Positions 1 through 14,327 are shown, numbered from the stretch's first letter. The stretch: 64,000 bases of DNA from Octopus sinensis (GCF_006345805.1 NC_042998.1:138446001-138510000), one strand, 5' to 3'. Notes: generated by a model not told the origin, from the sequence alone. A program made the numbers and translations.

Positions 1-430
1 GTTAGTGTCTCTTATATATTTAGTATCTACCCTACTAATAACAGAATCTACTTTCCTAGTCATATCTAGCAACTTCTTTCTGTTGGTACCTTTTAATTCT
101 GGCAATCTTTTTCTTTATTCATTACTTTCTGCAACTCATCTAAAATCTTCTGAACTTCCTCCCTTAAATCACTTAAATCGCTGGTGCTAGTTGTCCCTTC
201 CTTATTGGTAGCGCTACTATTATTTTTTCCTTTAGGTTCTTCTTTGGGTTGAGATGTATCTCCTGTATTGTTGTTTATCTTTCCTACTGCCTGGTCTTTC
301 TTTCTCAGTTCTCTTCTGATCTCTTCCACCTCCAATTTTGTCATCCACTTTCTTCCCTTAATAGCATTAGCTTGATCTACTAGTCTCTGCTCAGTCACTT
401 TGAACATACCCTTCTCTACCCAAAGTGTTT
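1..430 (-). mobile_element. R4/Dong-like non-LTR retrotransposon, N-terminal ORF fragment running off the window edge
   Basis: ORF 93-407 with upstream codons reads LWVEKGMFKVTEQRLVDQANAIKGRKWMTKLEVEEIRR, matching the EQRLxDQ..WL..LE.EEI motif I recall from R4/Dong ORF N-termini. Confidence 0.65.
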
Positions 431-716
431 ACTACTTACCTGTTAATTAGAAAGGATCTAGAAATTTCTAAACAAAGCTCGCCTAATTCCAAAACTGGCT
501 GGAATCCAGGTGGTATGCGGTTTCCCTCTCTTTGAGAGTTTCCATGGTAACATTCAACAAACTTGAAATTTTCCAAGAAGTGGTGAAGTGGTCGTACTCG
601 GACACAGGTTGACTTTCATCATGCATAGAAACACAAACACACACACGCACACACATGCACGCAGAGGCGCGCACACAGACACACAATACAAATTTATATT
701 CTTATGTTTATATAAA

Positions 717-1600
717 CGAGGGTATCTCAAAAAATATACATACTCTTGTTTCTGTAATTTATTAAACCAAACGCAGTGGTTGAACAATTACATCATTTTT
801 CAACGTAGTCTCCTTGCTTTCCGATGCACTTCCTCCAGCGGTCCACAAGCTGTCTTATTCCATCGGAGAAAGATGGTTTTCAGTTAGTGACTCAGTGCTT
901 GCTGCACTTCTCCTTAGCAAATCAATGACCTCGTAAAGGGTGTTTGGGCGGTACAAAGAGATGATAGTTGGAAGGGGAGTTACAGCAAGGTGCTTCAGCA
1001 ACTCGAAACCCAATTTTTCGATGGTTTCAACGTTATGGGCGGCCGTATGTGTGCGTGCATTTTCGTCGTGCAACAATAACATTTGCATTGACAATAGATC
1101 TCGGCGTTTAGTGGGAATTGCTAGCGTTTGGTGTGAATTGTCAGCCAGCATTTCACTGTAGCTTATACTGTAGACCGTTTGCCAGGTAATGTTCCACTAT
1201 AGGCTCTTTTGCGTGCCCAAAAATGGTTAGCATCACTTTTTCTGCGAAAGGTTGAGTCATAGATTTTTTCTCTTTTTTTTTTTTTCGCTAGCGATTTCGG
1301 ATGTTTCCACTTAATACTCTATATTCTGGGTTTGGGCTCAAAGTGATGGATTTAGGTCTCATCTTCGTACTCATCTCGCACAGACTTTACGGAAGCCAAG
1401 CTTGTCGTGGATAATTTCGGATGCAAAACCATGACTAATTGGCAGAGAACATTCCACCACAACGATAGTGCCTCGTTAGTTTGCCAGAACCACCTCTCAA
1501 GCTTGCTGAACCTTCGCATCATTGGTGAACGTTGATGGGCGAGCGCTGAAGGCAGTGTAGTTTTGATGAAAGTGCGAATAATTTTTTACATCCCCTTCAA
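717..1600 (-). mobile_element. Degenerate mariner transposon
   Basis: Frameshifted transposase C-terminus LLHDENARTHTAAHNVETIEKLGFELLKH...YHLF...LVDRWRKCI..GDYVEK. Ends are degenerate and mariner-like (cgagggtatctcaaaaaat at 717; its diverged reverse complement near 1580-1600), flanked by TA. Confidence 0.75.
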
Positions 1601-1603
1601 TAT

Positions 1604-1652
<49 letters not shown>

Positions 1653-1680
1653 TATATCTTTCTATTCACAAGTTCCCCAT

Positions 1681-2626
1681 ATAGCATCTAACAAGGTGCC
1701 CAGTCCAACGTAACCGGTGCTTGTGCACCATCGCCTCAATACTTAAGATATCAGCTGTCCTCAGAACCTGTGTGTCTGGAGTTTTTAAGGTTCAGCCAAC
1801 ATTCAGAATGTGTCAGAGACATCTCTGATGAAAGCGTTCATGGACCTTTACATGACGTTTGTAAAGGGTCCATGTCTCACCTGAGCAAAGGAGCGATGTC
1901 AGTACACATGCACGATACACAGCAATTTTTGTTTGCTTTGTGATGCCATGCTGGGACCAGACACGAGACTGAATAGACCCGAAGTAATTAGTTGCTCTCT
2001 GCAGCCTGAAAGATATTTCATCATCCAGGGAGCAAGAACGGCTGAGTGTGCTGCCCAGGAAAACAAACTTGTCTACTATTTTCAGAATTGTTCCTTCAAC
2101 CAAGATAGCTGGTTCCACATATGAATTTTCTGGTGCAGGCTGGAACATTACAACAGTATTGAGACACCTTATTAGAATGAAGGATAGAAGGATTCCTAAG
2201 CAGATGCTCTATGGAGAACTTGTGAATGTAAGGCGACTCCGGCAGAAACCAAGGCTGCAATTTAAGGACTGTGTCAAGTCCTCATTAAAGGCCTGTGATA
2301 TGCAGGACACTGACTGGGAGAACAATGCCTGTCATCGCCACAGATGGAGGAAGCAGGTTAAGGAGAGGATTGACACTTTTGAGAGAGCACGTATCCAGCA
2401 TGAAGAACTTAAGCAAGCTGCGCGAAAGCGCACAGCTCGTATAGTGAATGGGGAAAGCTTGGTCTGCAATGTTTGCAGTGATGTATGCTTGTCAAGTGCA
2501 GGGTTCATTAGCCACCAACAGAGTCGCAAATACAAAATGTAAGTTAGTCCTAGAGCGCACAATGTTCCTGAAGGTCAGCAATGGTTTTCCACGGTCACGA
2601 GTGGACGGCCATCATCATATAGATCT
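1681..2626. mobile_element. 5'-truncated RTE-clade LINE with inverted 5' part (1690-2148 minus; 2160-2618 plus)
   Basis: Minus: MFQPAP..VDKFVFLGSTLS..TKIAVYRACVLTSLLCSGETWTLY..HRLRWTGHLVR. Plus: HLIRMKDRRIPKQMLYGEL..KPRLQFKDCVKSSLK. Ends in an RTE-type catcat tail. Confidence 0.85.
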
Positions 2627-3809
2627 GTGTGTATGTGCGCGCGCGCGTGTGTGTGCATGTGTGTGTTTATGAATGTATGTATGTATGTATGTATGTATGT
2701 ATGTATGTATGTATGTATGTATGTGTGTATGTATGTATGTATGTTATGTCAGGTCACTTTTGAGTGCTACTGGTAACATGTAACTCAGTACAACCTGTGG
2801 CATGGTCGGGCCGTTGGCGACTAAACCAGCAACCCCACCAAGCTTGCTTGGTGAGGAAGGTGTTTACTGGACACCCTGCGGGAAGAAAAACAAAACCCGT
2901 CAAAGGGCGGAGGAACTCTTGAGAGCCAACGGCCATCCAATAAATGTGTGTTTTTTTCTCTCTCTCTCTCTCTCTTAAGGCTTAAGGCTGTATCATGCGC
3001 GGGGACATAGAAATAATCGGACTGAATACCCGATCGTGCGGTTAAACCATTGGGAGTGAAGGACTCAGGTAACTCAGGTAACTGGGATAACTCCGACATA
3101 AAACCTGCGGCTCAGTGGTTACCGATGATGTTGACTTATTCTTCTTTTCGGATTATGGCTGCTGTTGCTTAGTGAGTGGAATTGACTCAGTGCACAGCCT
3201 TTGCTCACTTTAAAAAAATCTTCTTGCACAGGCATTGCACGATAACAACATTGTTCATGATTGTTGATAGTGCTGTGAGTCTCAACTGAATGGCTGGCTG
3301 TAACCTTAAAAAGCAAATAAAAGTCACATTCGATCACAGCACCAATAACAGTTAAGCTTCGTGCAGTGGCCATACTCGATAACGATGGGGCAGCCATCAT
3401 ATATCATGTATGTATACATGTATGTATGTATGTATGCATATTATTTGATATATTTTTCAAAAATGTCATTATCAAAAGACGAAAGCTTTTCCTTGTCTTA
3501 AAAAATGGCACAATTTCAGGGATCAATCATATGCGTCTAAAGATTATGGAAATTAAAAGTAAATCGGAACCCGTTTAGCCATGTCAGCCATTCGCAAAAC
3601 ATTCATGTTAGTTCAAGGTAAAGACTTGCCTCGCTGCCTCGATCTGTAAGGTCCAACAATCTCAATGAAATTCAGCCATCTGTTAACATTGTTTTCAAGA
3701 AAATGCAAACAATGCTATACAGCAGGCGTCGAAAGCGCTCCCTTTCCTTATCCCTTAGCTTCTCCCCCTCTCTCTTTTTCTCTTTCTTATCTCTCTCTCT
3801 CTCTCCGTC

Positions 3810-3849
<40 letters not shown>

Positions 3850-4199
3850 TCTATCTCCAACGGTTCCATTCAAAGGTGTCTAAAATCTAGTGGCATGAAA
3901 AGATTTCATTTGTGAATGGCTCAAATATTATCTGACGATGATAAATGTTTCAGAATGGCGAGATGTATGAACGCTTGATTGACTCAGTAACCAGTGATAC
4001 AGACTACGTAAGGACGATTTTATTCAGTGATTAAATTGCCTTTCATCTTGAGGTCACTGTCCGCAATTTTAATTGTCGAATTTGGTGTTTTGAGAAAATA
4101 CACAGAAAACAGTTGATCTTTATTTTCAGTTACACAACAGCATCTTTGTGGTCTTTATTATTTTTTACGCTTATATAACAAAGGATACCTATACGAAGA

Positions 4200-4262
<63 letters not shown>

Positions 4263-4507
4263 TGTATGTATGTATGTATGTATACGTGTATGCATGTGTG
4301 TGTGTGTGTATGCGTGTGTGTTTGTATGTATGTATATATATGTATGTATATATGTATGTATGTATGCATGCATGCATGTGTGTATGTATGTATGCATGCA
4401 TACATGCATGTATGCATCTATGTATGTATGTAGTGCAAGGCTTTCCTCACTTTAAAAAGTTTCAGGCATAGGATTTCACTAGATTTTTTTCTTCACATGT
4501 CTATCAG

Positions 4508-4654
4508 CATCCCTATTAAGGTAAAACATTTCAATGAAACATTCCATGATGGAATAAAAGAATGTGTCAGCATAGGTGATAAGTTCTTTGTAGATCTTCT
4601 GCAAGAGACACCTGCATTTGTCACATCTGTGGTGGAAAAGATTGTGGTTCCCTG
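4508..4654 (+). CDS. Candidate internal exon of an unidentified host gene (IPIKVKHFNETFHDGIKECVSIGDKFFVDLLQETPAFVTSVVEKIVVP)
   Basis: Pyrimidine tract plus ctatcag acceptor, 147-nt open frame (phase 2-2), and a cctg|gtaagc donor. Unique, non-repetitive sequence. Product not recognised. Confidence 0.4.
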
Positions 4655-4669
4655 GTAAGCTCCGATTTG

Positions 4670-5510
4670 TTATTTATCATTTGCTTCTTGTTACATGAAG
4701 CCCAACGTACAAAATGTCATATTTACCAAAGCCTATTCCCCATAGTTGCCTCCTTTCCGCCTCTCTCAGACCCCACGTCTCTGCACCATATAACAATGTT
4801 AGCACAATCATACCCCCATACACACCTCCCGCCGATTTAATACTCAACCATTTATCTCTCAGCATACCTTTCACAACTCCAAATATCTTACTCCCCTCCC
4901 TCACCCTATAACCATCCCATCCGCCGTCACATGTGATCCTAGATACTTAAAAACACTCACCTCCTCTAGCATCTCACAATTTTTACTCACATTCATCCTA
5001 GCAGCCATTCCAGCTTTCGAACATCGCATCACCTTACTTTTAATTACATTCACTTTCAGTTTCCTCCTCTCACACACTCTTCCAAACTCTACCACAAGTC
5101 CCCACAGTTGCTCTTCCGAATCCGATGCCAGTGCTGTATCATCAGCCAACAACAACTGTCTCATCTGCCATTTCTCTCCATTTTCTTCCACCATTTGGGC
5201 CCCACTACCAAAAGTCGTAGCATTCACCTCTCTCACCACACCATCCATATATAGATTAAACAGCTACGGAGACATCACACAACCTTGTCTTAACCCTACC
5301 TTCACATCAAGCCACCCACTACTTTACCACCCATCCTAACACACGCCCTAATTTCTGTATAGAAACTTTGTACAGCTCTCAACAATCTACCATCTACTCC
5401 ATACAACCGCAACACCTGCCACATTGCATCCCTATCCACATGGTCATATGCCTTCTCCAGATCCATAAAGGCCCAATATATCTCCCTTCCTTTTGCCAAA
5501 AGGTTATAGT
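4670..5510 (-). mobile_element. RTE-clade LINE reverse transcriptase fragment (degenerate)
   Basis: AFMDLEKAYDHVDRDAMWQVL; GLRQGCVMSP; LLADDTAL; FKYLGS; TLLYGAETW, across frameshifted ORFs. Confidence 0.9.
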
Positions 5511-7548
5511 ACAAAATGTATAACCATTATATTACAATGTCTTTCTCTGTGTATATGTACAAACACACAAACATGTATGCATGTATGTATGTATGTATAC
5601 ACGCGCATATATATATATATATATATATACATACACAAATATATAAATACATATATATAAATACATATGTATATATATATATGTGTGTATATGTGTGTGT
5701 AGGAATATATATATATTATTGAAAGTATCAACGAGTTTACCCGTAAAGCTGTATATGCGTGTGAATTCATCTAAACATTTACATACCCATTTGTAAATCT
5801 ATATTTCTGTACGTCTGTTCATATACCTTAGACGCACAGTTATACCGTACCTTGCGGCCATTTTTTTATCACCTCTTTCATTAACATTACACCGTATGTT
5901 ATATTACGTTCATATATGTTATATTATTTCCCTTTATTACATTACTATATTCCGCCTTATATTTTATTACACTACATTATATTATATTGTATTATATTAT
6001 ATTATGTTCTTTTATGTAATATTACACTTCGATACATTAATTTATATTAATATGATTTAGCCAGAATGCGTTTTTCAATCACAGACAAAACCAACAACTA
6101 AAACATACTCTCTTTTCCAATAACAATTACCTAAATAATTTATGGACACTTAACTTGCTAAAACTAACCTTAAATTCAAAATTTATTAACCTATACATTC
6201 CGCTTACACAAATCTACCTGGTCATATATTATTCAACTTAACCTACCAACGTCGAAGTCAATAGTACTCCATAACACCGTCCTACATTTACTAACTTAGG
6301 ACCGGAATATGTATGCATGTATGTTTAAAAACAGATGTATGTATGTATGTATGTATGTATGTATGTATGTATGATTGTGTGTGTATATGTATGCATGTGT
6401 GTATGTAAGTGTATGTAGTTATGAATGTATGACTACTTTTTTTTATTTATTTGAATTCTTCCTCAAAGGAAGAAACTGGTTCTTATAAAGAAACAAAGGG
6501 CTCTGCCTCTAGAATTTAGATAACAATAACGATAATTGTTGCATCGTGACCTTTAGAAAAAATTTGCATATTTTTACTGTTTCACTTACAAATTATATCT
6601 GTAAAGGACATTTGAGTTGGTCACATCTGCTGTGCAGCTATACTCTATGACTTTCTCTTGTCGACTTTTCATAGATTGTTTAAAGCTTACTCATATAAAT
6701 ATATATGTATATTTATATATCTTTTACCGATCTGCTGATGAAGAAACACAGAACAGAAATAGAAGTCCAGAACAAAAGATGCTGTGAAAACCATACTGAA
6801 GGCAGAACTAAGTGCCCTCAAAACCCTCTGTGATTAACAACAGAAGAAATGCTCTCGCTACGGGCAGAGAAAAATTGCATTCGTAATGAGAGACATCGGT
6901 CGAAGAAAAGACCCAAGTTTGCTACGTTCGTTTACTTTTCCCAGTGAGTGGTTGTGTGATGAGTGTTGACGAAACGAAGTCTTTGAAATTCTCATTATAT
7001 TTCATCAAACCCTTGTTGAAGCCAGACATTATCATGATTCATTTTTAGTGAAGTTAACTATGCCTTGGGAAGAGAGGATGGAAGGAGACGAAAGAGAGGA
7101 AGAGAGCAAAGTATTAAGAGTTGGTGGAGAGCTGTCTCGGGAACGGAAAGAAAATTAGGTGTCTGCCAGTGAAGGTGAACAATCGCAGATTAGCCAGTTG
7201 TTTCCTTAGAAAATACTATGAAACCTTGGACATTGAAAGAATGGAACAATCAAGAACAAAGACAAAGAGCTATTCAGAGCAATATCGGCTGCGGAGGCGA
7301 TATCAAGATAGTTTTGGTTAAAAAGAGGCGACAAGTGGGATCAATAAAATGCCATTTGGACTCAGGCCTAAGGTTGATCAACCTAAGCTAGATAAGGGAG
7401 TATGTTGTAGGAACCAAAATACTCAGTGACTCCATGATACAACACTACCCAAAAAGCGTCCATGTATTGCATCTGTAGATATATGTAGAAGTAGATACAT
7501 TTAAACATACATATACATATATTTAAATATATATTATATATATACATA

Positions 7549-7712
7549 GGCGCAGGAGTATCTGTATGGTAAGTAGCTTGCTTACCAACCACATGGTTCC
7601 GGGTTCAGTCCCACTGCGTAGCACCTTGGACAAGTGTCTTCTACTATAGCCTCGGGCCGACCAAAGCCTTATGAGTGGATTTGATAGACGGAAACTGAAA
7701 TAAGTCCGTCGC

Positions 7713-7801
<89 letters not shown>

Positions 7802-7847
7802 CGTGTTTGTCACCCAACATCGCTTGACAACCGATGCTGGTGTGTTT
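7549..7847 (+). mobile_element. tRNA-derived SINE family A (octopus-type), 3'-truncated
   Basis: Head ggcgcaggagta..tggtaagtagcttgc..ggttccgggttcagtcc with A/B-box-like motifs and an internal (TG)n. Homologous to 9583-9986. Confidence 0.85.
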
Positions 7848-8264
7848 ACAAAAGAACAAAAGAACAAAAGAATACATATGAATATATTTAAATTTATACA
7901 ATATATACACGTACGTATGTATATTACGCATCTATAAGTATATACGCATATGTATATTTGTGTAAGTATATATATATGTATGTGTATATATATGTGTATA
8001 TGCGTGTGTGTGTGTGTGTAAACACACATACACGCACACAAAGAACAAACCAAAATAGATCCCGACGTAGATTCAGTTCATGTAAAGGAGGTAGAGCACT
8101 TCATTTAAAATGCTATCACATGCGCGTGCGTACACACATACACACACACATTAGCACACGTACACATTAGCACACACACACACACACAAAATGCACACTA
8201 CACATAGACGCATACACACAATACACACACATACACACTCGACACGCATACACAACACAACGCT

Positions 8265-8635
8265 TATGTATGTATGTATGTATGTATGTATGTATGTATG
8301 TATGTATGTATGTATGTATGTATGTATGTATGTATGTATGTATATGTATGTATGCGTGTATGTATGCATGTATGTGTGTATGTATGCATGTATGTATGTA
8401 TGTATGTATGTATGTATGCATGTATGTATGTATGTATGCATGCATGTATGTGTGTATGTATACATGCATGTATGCATGTATGTATGTATGTATGTATGTA
8501 TGCATGTATGTATGCATGTATGCATGCATGTATGTGTGTATGTATACATGCATGTAAGCTTGCATGTATGTATGTATGCATGTATGTATGTATGCATGTA
8601 TGTATGTATGCATGTATGTATGTATGTATGTATGC

Positions 8636-8680
<45 letters not shown>
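8265..8680. repeat. (TATG/CATG)n microsatellite
   Basis: Direct inspection. Confidence 0.95.
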
Positions 8681-8683
<3 letters not shown>

Positions 8684-9043
8684 GCCTTGTGTGTGTAGAA
8701 ATTGATCTTATATGACGTTTACTTATATTTCTTTGATGTACACCCACTTTGTCAATGTTTATTTATATACAGAGGCTGCATCGTTTTACTTTTTACAGTT
8801 GCTACATCGTTAAACTTTTTACAAATTAGCCTGGAGCCACAAATATATAGAAGGTGTGGAAATAGTTTGTAGTGGCAGTCAATGTTTCCCACATGATAGT
8901 AAAGTGAATTATAAAAAAAATAAACCCACTGTTCATTCATTCATTTATTTATTATTAAGCACACATTTAGAAATGACCTGTACAGGCCTTTCATCCAGTC
9001 ATTTTCATTCTGTCTATAATATATATTATATATATGTGTGTGT

Positions 9044-9077
<34 letters not shown>

Positions 9078-9088
9078 GCGTAGGCATG

Positions 9089-9148
<60 letters not shown>

Positions 9149-9406
9149 GTATGTGTGCATGTATGTGTATAAAACGGTCGGTACTATTGCTATCGGAGCA
9201 ATACAAAAAAAAACAAAAAAAAAGAAGTCAATAATATATTTAAAAAGGAATAATTAAATTGACAGAGAATCGAGTGTTGGAGCAAAAAGTTTCACAATCC
9301 AGGGAAAAGAAAAGAGACAAATAGAAAGAAAAAAAGAAACTCAATAGAAAAGTAAACAAATGATAAAATATATAAATAAATCAAAAATGTTTTGTTTCAT
9401 ATACAG

Positions 9407-9438
<32 letters not shown>

Positions 9439-9582
9439 TATATACATAACATACATATATGTGGTCGGTTGGTGTGTGGTGTGTACGTATGCATTTATGT
9501 ATGTGTGTATATATATATATATATAAATAAACACACATATACATAAATGCATACGTATATATATATTATATATATATATATA

Positions 9583-9985
9583 GGTGCAGGAGTGGCTGTG
9601 TGGTAAGAAGCTTGCCTCCCAACCTCATAGTTCCGGGTTCAGTCCCACTGCTTGGCACCTTGAGCAAGTGTCCACTACTATAGCCTCGGGCCAACCAAAG
9701 CTTTGTGGGTGGATTTAGAAGGCGGAAAGTGAAAGTAGCCCGTCGTGTGTGTGTGTGTGTATGTGTGTTTGCGTGTGTGTATATGTACTTGCGTGTCTGT
9801 GTTTGTCTCCCCACCATCACTTGACACCGATATTGGTCTGTATACGTCCCCGTAACCTAGCGGTTCGGCAAAACAGACCGATAGAATAAATACAAACTTA
9901 CAAAGAATAAGTCCTGGGGGCGATTTGCTCGACTAAATGCGGTGCTCCAGCATAGTCACAGTCAATGACTGAAACAAGTATAAGA

Positions 9986-9986
<1 letters not shown>
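9583..9986 (+). mobile_element. tRNA-derived SINE family A, near full length
   Basis: Same head as 7549, internal (TG)n, and tail gcggtgctccagcatagtcacagtcaatgactgaaacaag. Multiple homologues in the window. Confidence 0.9.
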
Positions 9987-10017
<31 letters not shown>

Positions 10018-11450
10018 TATTATATATATATATATATATGCGTGTGTGCGCGTGTGATAACGATGTATAAATATACAATTTATGTAATGGAGAAAATGCA
10101 CATCAATTATATACCATCATGTGCGCACGCATGCAAACATACATATATGTATGTATTAGGTACATATATACATGTTCACTCTACCGAATCATTAAAGCGT
10201 TTGGATAAACGTTTTGCGGTATTTGTTTCAACTCTACGTTCTCGGTCCAAATCCTGCCGAAGTCAACTTTCATCCCTCTGGGGTCAATAAGGAGTAATGT
10301 AAATCAAGATCTGGTGTCGACGAAATATATTAACTACCACTCTCAAAATTACTGGCCTTGCACCTAAATGTAAATAATTGTTCCTTTAATTCGATGGCAT
10401 ATAAGACACCCTGTTTTTCAAAAAAAAAAAATGGATGTCTCAAAAAATCACCGGTCGTTCTGTGTGCGACGTTGGTTCTATATTACATGCTTTAATGCCT
10501 TAAAAACTTCTTTCTTGAATATACCCTGCTGAAATTTCTTTCATGAATATGCCCTGCTCAATTTCAGCAGCCGTCAGATGCGTTTATATTTGTCTTTGTC
10601 ACTTCACAAAAAAATCTAAGTGAAGACAAATCATTTGCCGAAACAGTATTTTCTATTCTACTATTCTCCGATTCTATTTTCTATTATATTCTTGTATTCT
10701 ATTCTATTCTTCCACTTCCTTTTGGTTTAACGTTTGACCTGGTTTAAAAAGCAGAATAATAATTTGTTACTTCCACGTCATAAAACTTGCATAATTTGAT
10801 TTTATATAAATATCTAAATAATGTTTTTTGTGCTTTGATTATAATTTGGTTTGTTGGAACAAATAAGCACAAAACTAATTTCATTTTAACTGGAAAAGCT
10901 AAATTACTGACAAGGAAACCCTTGTTTTATGCCATCGGGTTTATAAGAGAGATGAGAGAGAGAGGGGGATAGAGAGAAAGAGAAAGGGAGAGAAGTCAAA
11001 ATATTTGAATTTTATAGATATTTAAAAATGTAAGTCAAAGCGTACTGTATCATTTAAAACAGGAAAACACCAAACCGTACGGAGAGAAGACTGAGCTAAA
11101 CGATTTTTATTGATATTACGAAACTAACATCGTATTTCTTATAATTCCTATCAAAACTGAAATCTAACTTTACCAACGGAGAAAATAAAATAGTAATACA
11201 GAATAAGAAAGCCACATTAGTTTAATGTTAATAAATTATTTAACAAAGATTGTTCTTTGTTGTGGTTTAACTGGAGAAATTATAACGGTGGGGAAAATGT
11301 GTGATTTTTAAGAAGTTCTAGGACCCTGACCTAGACAAGACATTAAACTTCATCCAGCGGTAAAGCTCCAGCCCGAGATTTCGGGAGTTTTGTTGACTAT
11401 GGAAGAGCCCGTTGGTCACCACTACTCTGAGGTCTACAATGCCCAGGAGA

Positions 11451-11896
11451 CGAAATTTTTTCCCAACGAGAGTTCCGGACTCCAGTAATGAACTCATTTG
11501 CATACAGCCAATCAGAGCTCACCTTGACCATGTCACGTTAACAAACACACTCTACCAAGTAAATTCAAGACGAAGAATTATCGGACTTTGTTAGGACCCC
11601 ATACGGTTAAGATGTGGACGGGAAAAATGTGGGTAGAGGGTGATGTGTTAGCAACTTACTGTTTTACAAAGTAAACAACAACACAAATAACTACGCAGCC
11701 ATGGTTCAAACGAGAACAAGAACAACAAGCATTATTAAAAGAGAAAAGAAGCATGGCCATTTCTTACCCAAGTGACTTTATCTTATCGCACATAACTTAT
11801 GCGCTCATAAATTAGTTTGATAGTTGAGCTCTGATTGGCTGTATGCAAATGAGTTCACAACTGAGGTCCGGAACTCTCGTGGGAAAAAATATTTCG
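11451..11896. repeat. Inverted repeat (~70-bp arms, 33-bp perfect core, ~300-bp spacer)
   Basis: 11489-11521 tgaactcatttgcatacagccaatcagagctca is the exact reverse complement of 11825-11857. Confidence 0.9.
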
Positions 11897-12186
11897 CGCC
11901 CGGAATGGCAGTACATGTCAAAGGCCTTTAATTTATGGGTCAGATATTAAAAGATGTTCCTCTGGCTAAGGCATACAGAAGGGTTGCCCCCTAGATAGGT
12001 ATCATTCAGCTTCAAAGGTGTGTAGATATATCTTGATATCATATGAACGAGTCTTCCAGACCAAACTTTCCCGTTCAGCCATGTCTGATGAATGCCAATT
12101 TACACCTCAACTTCAACAATGATATCAGCATGGAATCGCTCGGTAGCATTATCCAGTTGTCTTGAGAATATGTTATATAAATAATA

Positions 12187-12228
<42 letters not shown>

Positions 12229-12443
12229 TGGGTTTGGGTATGCGTGCACGCGTGTGTATTGTAATAAAGGTTAAATCAATTGTCCCTACGAATACGCGTA
12301 AAAAACATTAACATTTATACATACATACATACATACATACATACATACATACATACATACATACATACATACATACATACGACATACATTTATATATACA
12401 TACCAACAGATAGACAGACTGATATGCAGACAGACAAAAAGAC

Positions 12444-12495
<52 letters not shown>

Positions 12496-12728
12496 ACTGA
12501 ATGGTTGATTGACTGATCGATAGATATAACTATCGATGCACACACACTCATATATATGAGATTTGTATTTTTACAGTTATTTTCATACACACTCAAACAC
12601 ACACACACAGACGTACATAGACATACACACATGTATAACGTCTGCATACACGCATGTATGTAGGAACACTATGGGGAGGAGTACGTGTGTGTGTGTGTGT
12701 GTGTCTGTGTGTGTGTCTGTGTGTGTGT

Positions 12729-12797
<69 letters not shown>

Positions 12798-13225
12798 TCT
12801 GTATATTGCTATTTTATACACTCACACTGAATGTCTCTAAAAATTAGTTCACTCATTAGAGGTAAACTCCTACAGAATGTATCACGCGCATATGTACTCT
12901 TCAATCAAACACTGAGTAATCAAACAGACAGAAATCAGCCTGCATTTATGATATTATAATAGCTGTGTCCTCCTAAAACGTCACTCACGGCACATGGGCT
13001 CAACAGCGTTACGCATAGTATACGTAATTATTGAAGTTAAATGAACGGAGAAATAGTAATTTGTCTCACATAAAATGTTAGCAATTTACTGAATTTCATG
13101 CATTAAATTAATATTGTTATAATGAATTGGATATCATTTACTTTTATATTAAATAATTAATATTTATGGTTTTTGTCGGAGTAGGAACTGTCAGCCTTGC
13201 CTACCCATACGGCACATCTCATACG

Positions 13226-13268
<43 letters not shown>

Positions 13269-13501
13269 TACGAACATACAAGCATATATACATAGATATG
13301 TGTGTTACTACGTATGTATATTTACATGTGTGCATAAATATTCATATATGTGTATGTATGCGTGTATATGTATGTATATATATGTACGTACGTAGTATGT
13401 ATTATTTGTATATATATGTATATATATATATATATATTATATATATATATATATATCTATATATATATATATATATATATAATATGTGTGTGTATGTATG
13501 C

Positions 13502-13534
<33 letters not shown>

Positions 13535-14233
13535 TGCTTGTGAGAATAGTATGTGTGTGAGTGCATAATTTTGCAAATTGAGCAAAGAGTTAGAATAAAG
13601 GAGATAAACAGAGAGAGAGAGAGAGAGAAAGAGACAGAGAGAAAGAGAGAGGTACAGACAGACAGACTGAGAAGAAGATGAAATAGAAGGGAAACTAATA
13701 GAGACAAAAGCTGAATGACTCAGTTCTCAATTTAGCCCCGGAGAATATGGAGTTAGATTAATACGACCGACCGACCTGGTTTATCTTCCTTACCTATAAA
13801 ATGTAAAATAAACAAACGAACAAAGAAAATGCTGAATGAATTGTAATGGCAGTAATAACAGAAGACATGAAACTACGTAAAATTAATAACAAAAATAACA
13901 TTAGATAAAGCACACACAAATAATGAGAAAAAAATCAACTATATGACTATTTACTATCAATATTAGGCCTAATCTATAGCCGCTGGTGTCAATTATGAAC
14001 ACTAATACTCATTATCGTTCATAAATTAAAAATAACTGATTGTATTTAAGTAGACACAAGATATGAACTAGCAATGTTTTTTTTATTATTTGTTTGCTTT
14101 TTTAGTAATTAATTAACGACAATTATAAAACTATTAAACATTAAGCTAATAACAACAGTGTTAACAACATCAAAAAATATTTTGAAAAATAAAAACAATC
14201 AAAATAAAGAAAAATGTATGTGCATATATATAC

Positions 14234-14286
<53 letters not shown>

Positions 14287-14327
14287 ATTAACAACAATAA
14301 CAACAATAATAATAATAATAAATAAAA

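Noticed and set aside
2750-3125. Possible HDV-like ribozyme in an RTE-5'-UTR-like repeat (CTGGT..CTAA-ACCAG; GGTCACT/GGCGACT)
   Set aside because: The candidate P1 and P2 helices cannot be placed in the canonical nested double-pseudoknot order in this copy. A consensus-based Infernal search would be needed.
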